In this document: positions 63,447-64,000 of the stretch, piece by piece | Layout of the letters: each line of letters starts with the position of its first letter | How positions within the stretch are numbered: position 1 is the first letter of the stretch | Origin: Parasitella parasitica NRRL 2501 | Lineage: Eukaryota; Fungi; Mucoromycota | Reading direction: 5' to 3' | Assembly: GCA_025201805.1 (NCBI GenBank) | Contig: MU619256.1 | Span: forward strand, 101,356-165,355 | Length of the DNA stretch: 64,000 nucleotides | The notes under the pieces: model-generated | The model's input: only the letters and a program-made list of their open reading frames with translations | Told to the model about the DNA's origin: nothing | Database searches by the model: none | Program-made: the position numbers and the translations under genes

Positions 63447-64000
63447 TTAATGTTGAGCCCATTGAATAGATTTGATGTCGATGCCCTCCTGGACCATTTC
63501 CCATAAAGGAGACATTTCTCTTAATTTATCAACATGTTGAGTAACTCTCTTGATGACGAATTCAATTTCCTCGTCAGTGGTGAATCTACCAATGCCGAAG
63601 CGGATGGAACTGTGTGCCATTTCATCGTCTGCACCCAATGCACGCAATACGTATGAGGGCTCAAGCGATGCTGAAGTACAAGCAGAGCCTGAAGACAAAG
63701 CAATGTCCTTCAATGCCATCAGCAGTGATTCACCTTCAACGTAAGCAAACGATAGGTTGACACAGCCGGGATAATTGTGTTCAGGGTCACCATTGCGATG
63801 CACTTCGTCAATCTTGGACTGGATGCCGTCAATCAAACGCTTTGAGAGCTTTGAAATTCTATCATGGTCATACTAGAAAAGACAAGTAAGTAAATTTCAA
63901 AAGATAATAATGGGAAAAAAAATCATGATCCTCAGAACCCCTGCACAATAATTCATTGTGAAAGCCTTACTATCCATCATTCGTTTGAAGGATGGACTTG
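63447..64000 (-). CDS. NFS1: Cysteine desulfurase Nfs1/IscS, 3' part (continues beyond the window)
   Basis: [16 protein letters not shown]; [23 protein letters not shown]; [14 protein letters not shown]; [11 protein letters not shown]...IQWAQH. Confidence 0.96.

Noticed and set aside
3715-64000. Apparent RNA/translation cluster (UTP25, GCN20, eIF3L, QNG1, ENDOV, NFS1)
   Set aside because: Spread over 60 kb and interleaved with unrelated housekeeping genes. This is expected by chance in a gene-dense genome unless synteny shows otherwise.
1-64000. U12-type introns, stop-codon readthrough signals, CRISPR arrays, rRNA or intact tRNA genes
   Set aside because: No RTATCCT donor at the exon boundaries I examined, no TGA-CTA context at the gene ends I checked, and no repeat-spacer arrays or canonical RNA genes seen by eye

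Overview
Gene-dense, intron-rich eukaryotic DNA with short GT-AG introns of about 50-120 nt and AT-rich spacers. Gene content and style point to an early-diverging fungus, most likely Mucorales (inference). About 23 protein-coding genes can be built. Recognisable ones are UTP25, a YvcK/CofD-like (UPF0052) protein, GCN20, eIF3L, NCA2, a CCH1-type four-domain Ca2+ channel, queuosine-salvage QNG1, a Dpb3/POLE4-like histone-fold protein, NIPSNAP, a CTI6-like PHD protein, ERG8, a DH-domain RhoGEF, an atypical SDR/epimerase, a class IV chitin synthase, PMA1, endonuclease V, a CsbD-like protein and the 3' end of NFS1. Five proteins lack a known function: an F-box/LRR protein, a secreted tandem 4-Cys peptide, a probable small GPI-anchored protein, a 355-aa multi-TM protein that the ORF track misses because introns split it, and a 163-aa protein head-to-head with CCH1. 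Spacers hold decayed LINE and Tc1/mariner fragments, and there are two assembly gaps. I see no clear-cut new multi-gene system. The best leads are the multi-TM protein, the CCH1-divergent orphan, the Cys-rich peptide, the Tyr-less SDR facing chitin synthase, the EEEE channel with a GC-AG intron, and a tRNA-like cloverleaf. All gene models were built by eye and no database searches were run.
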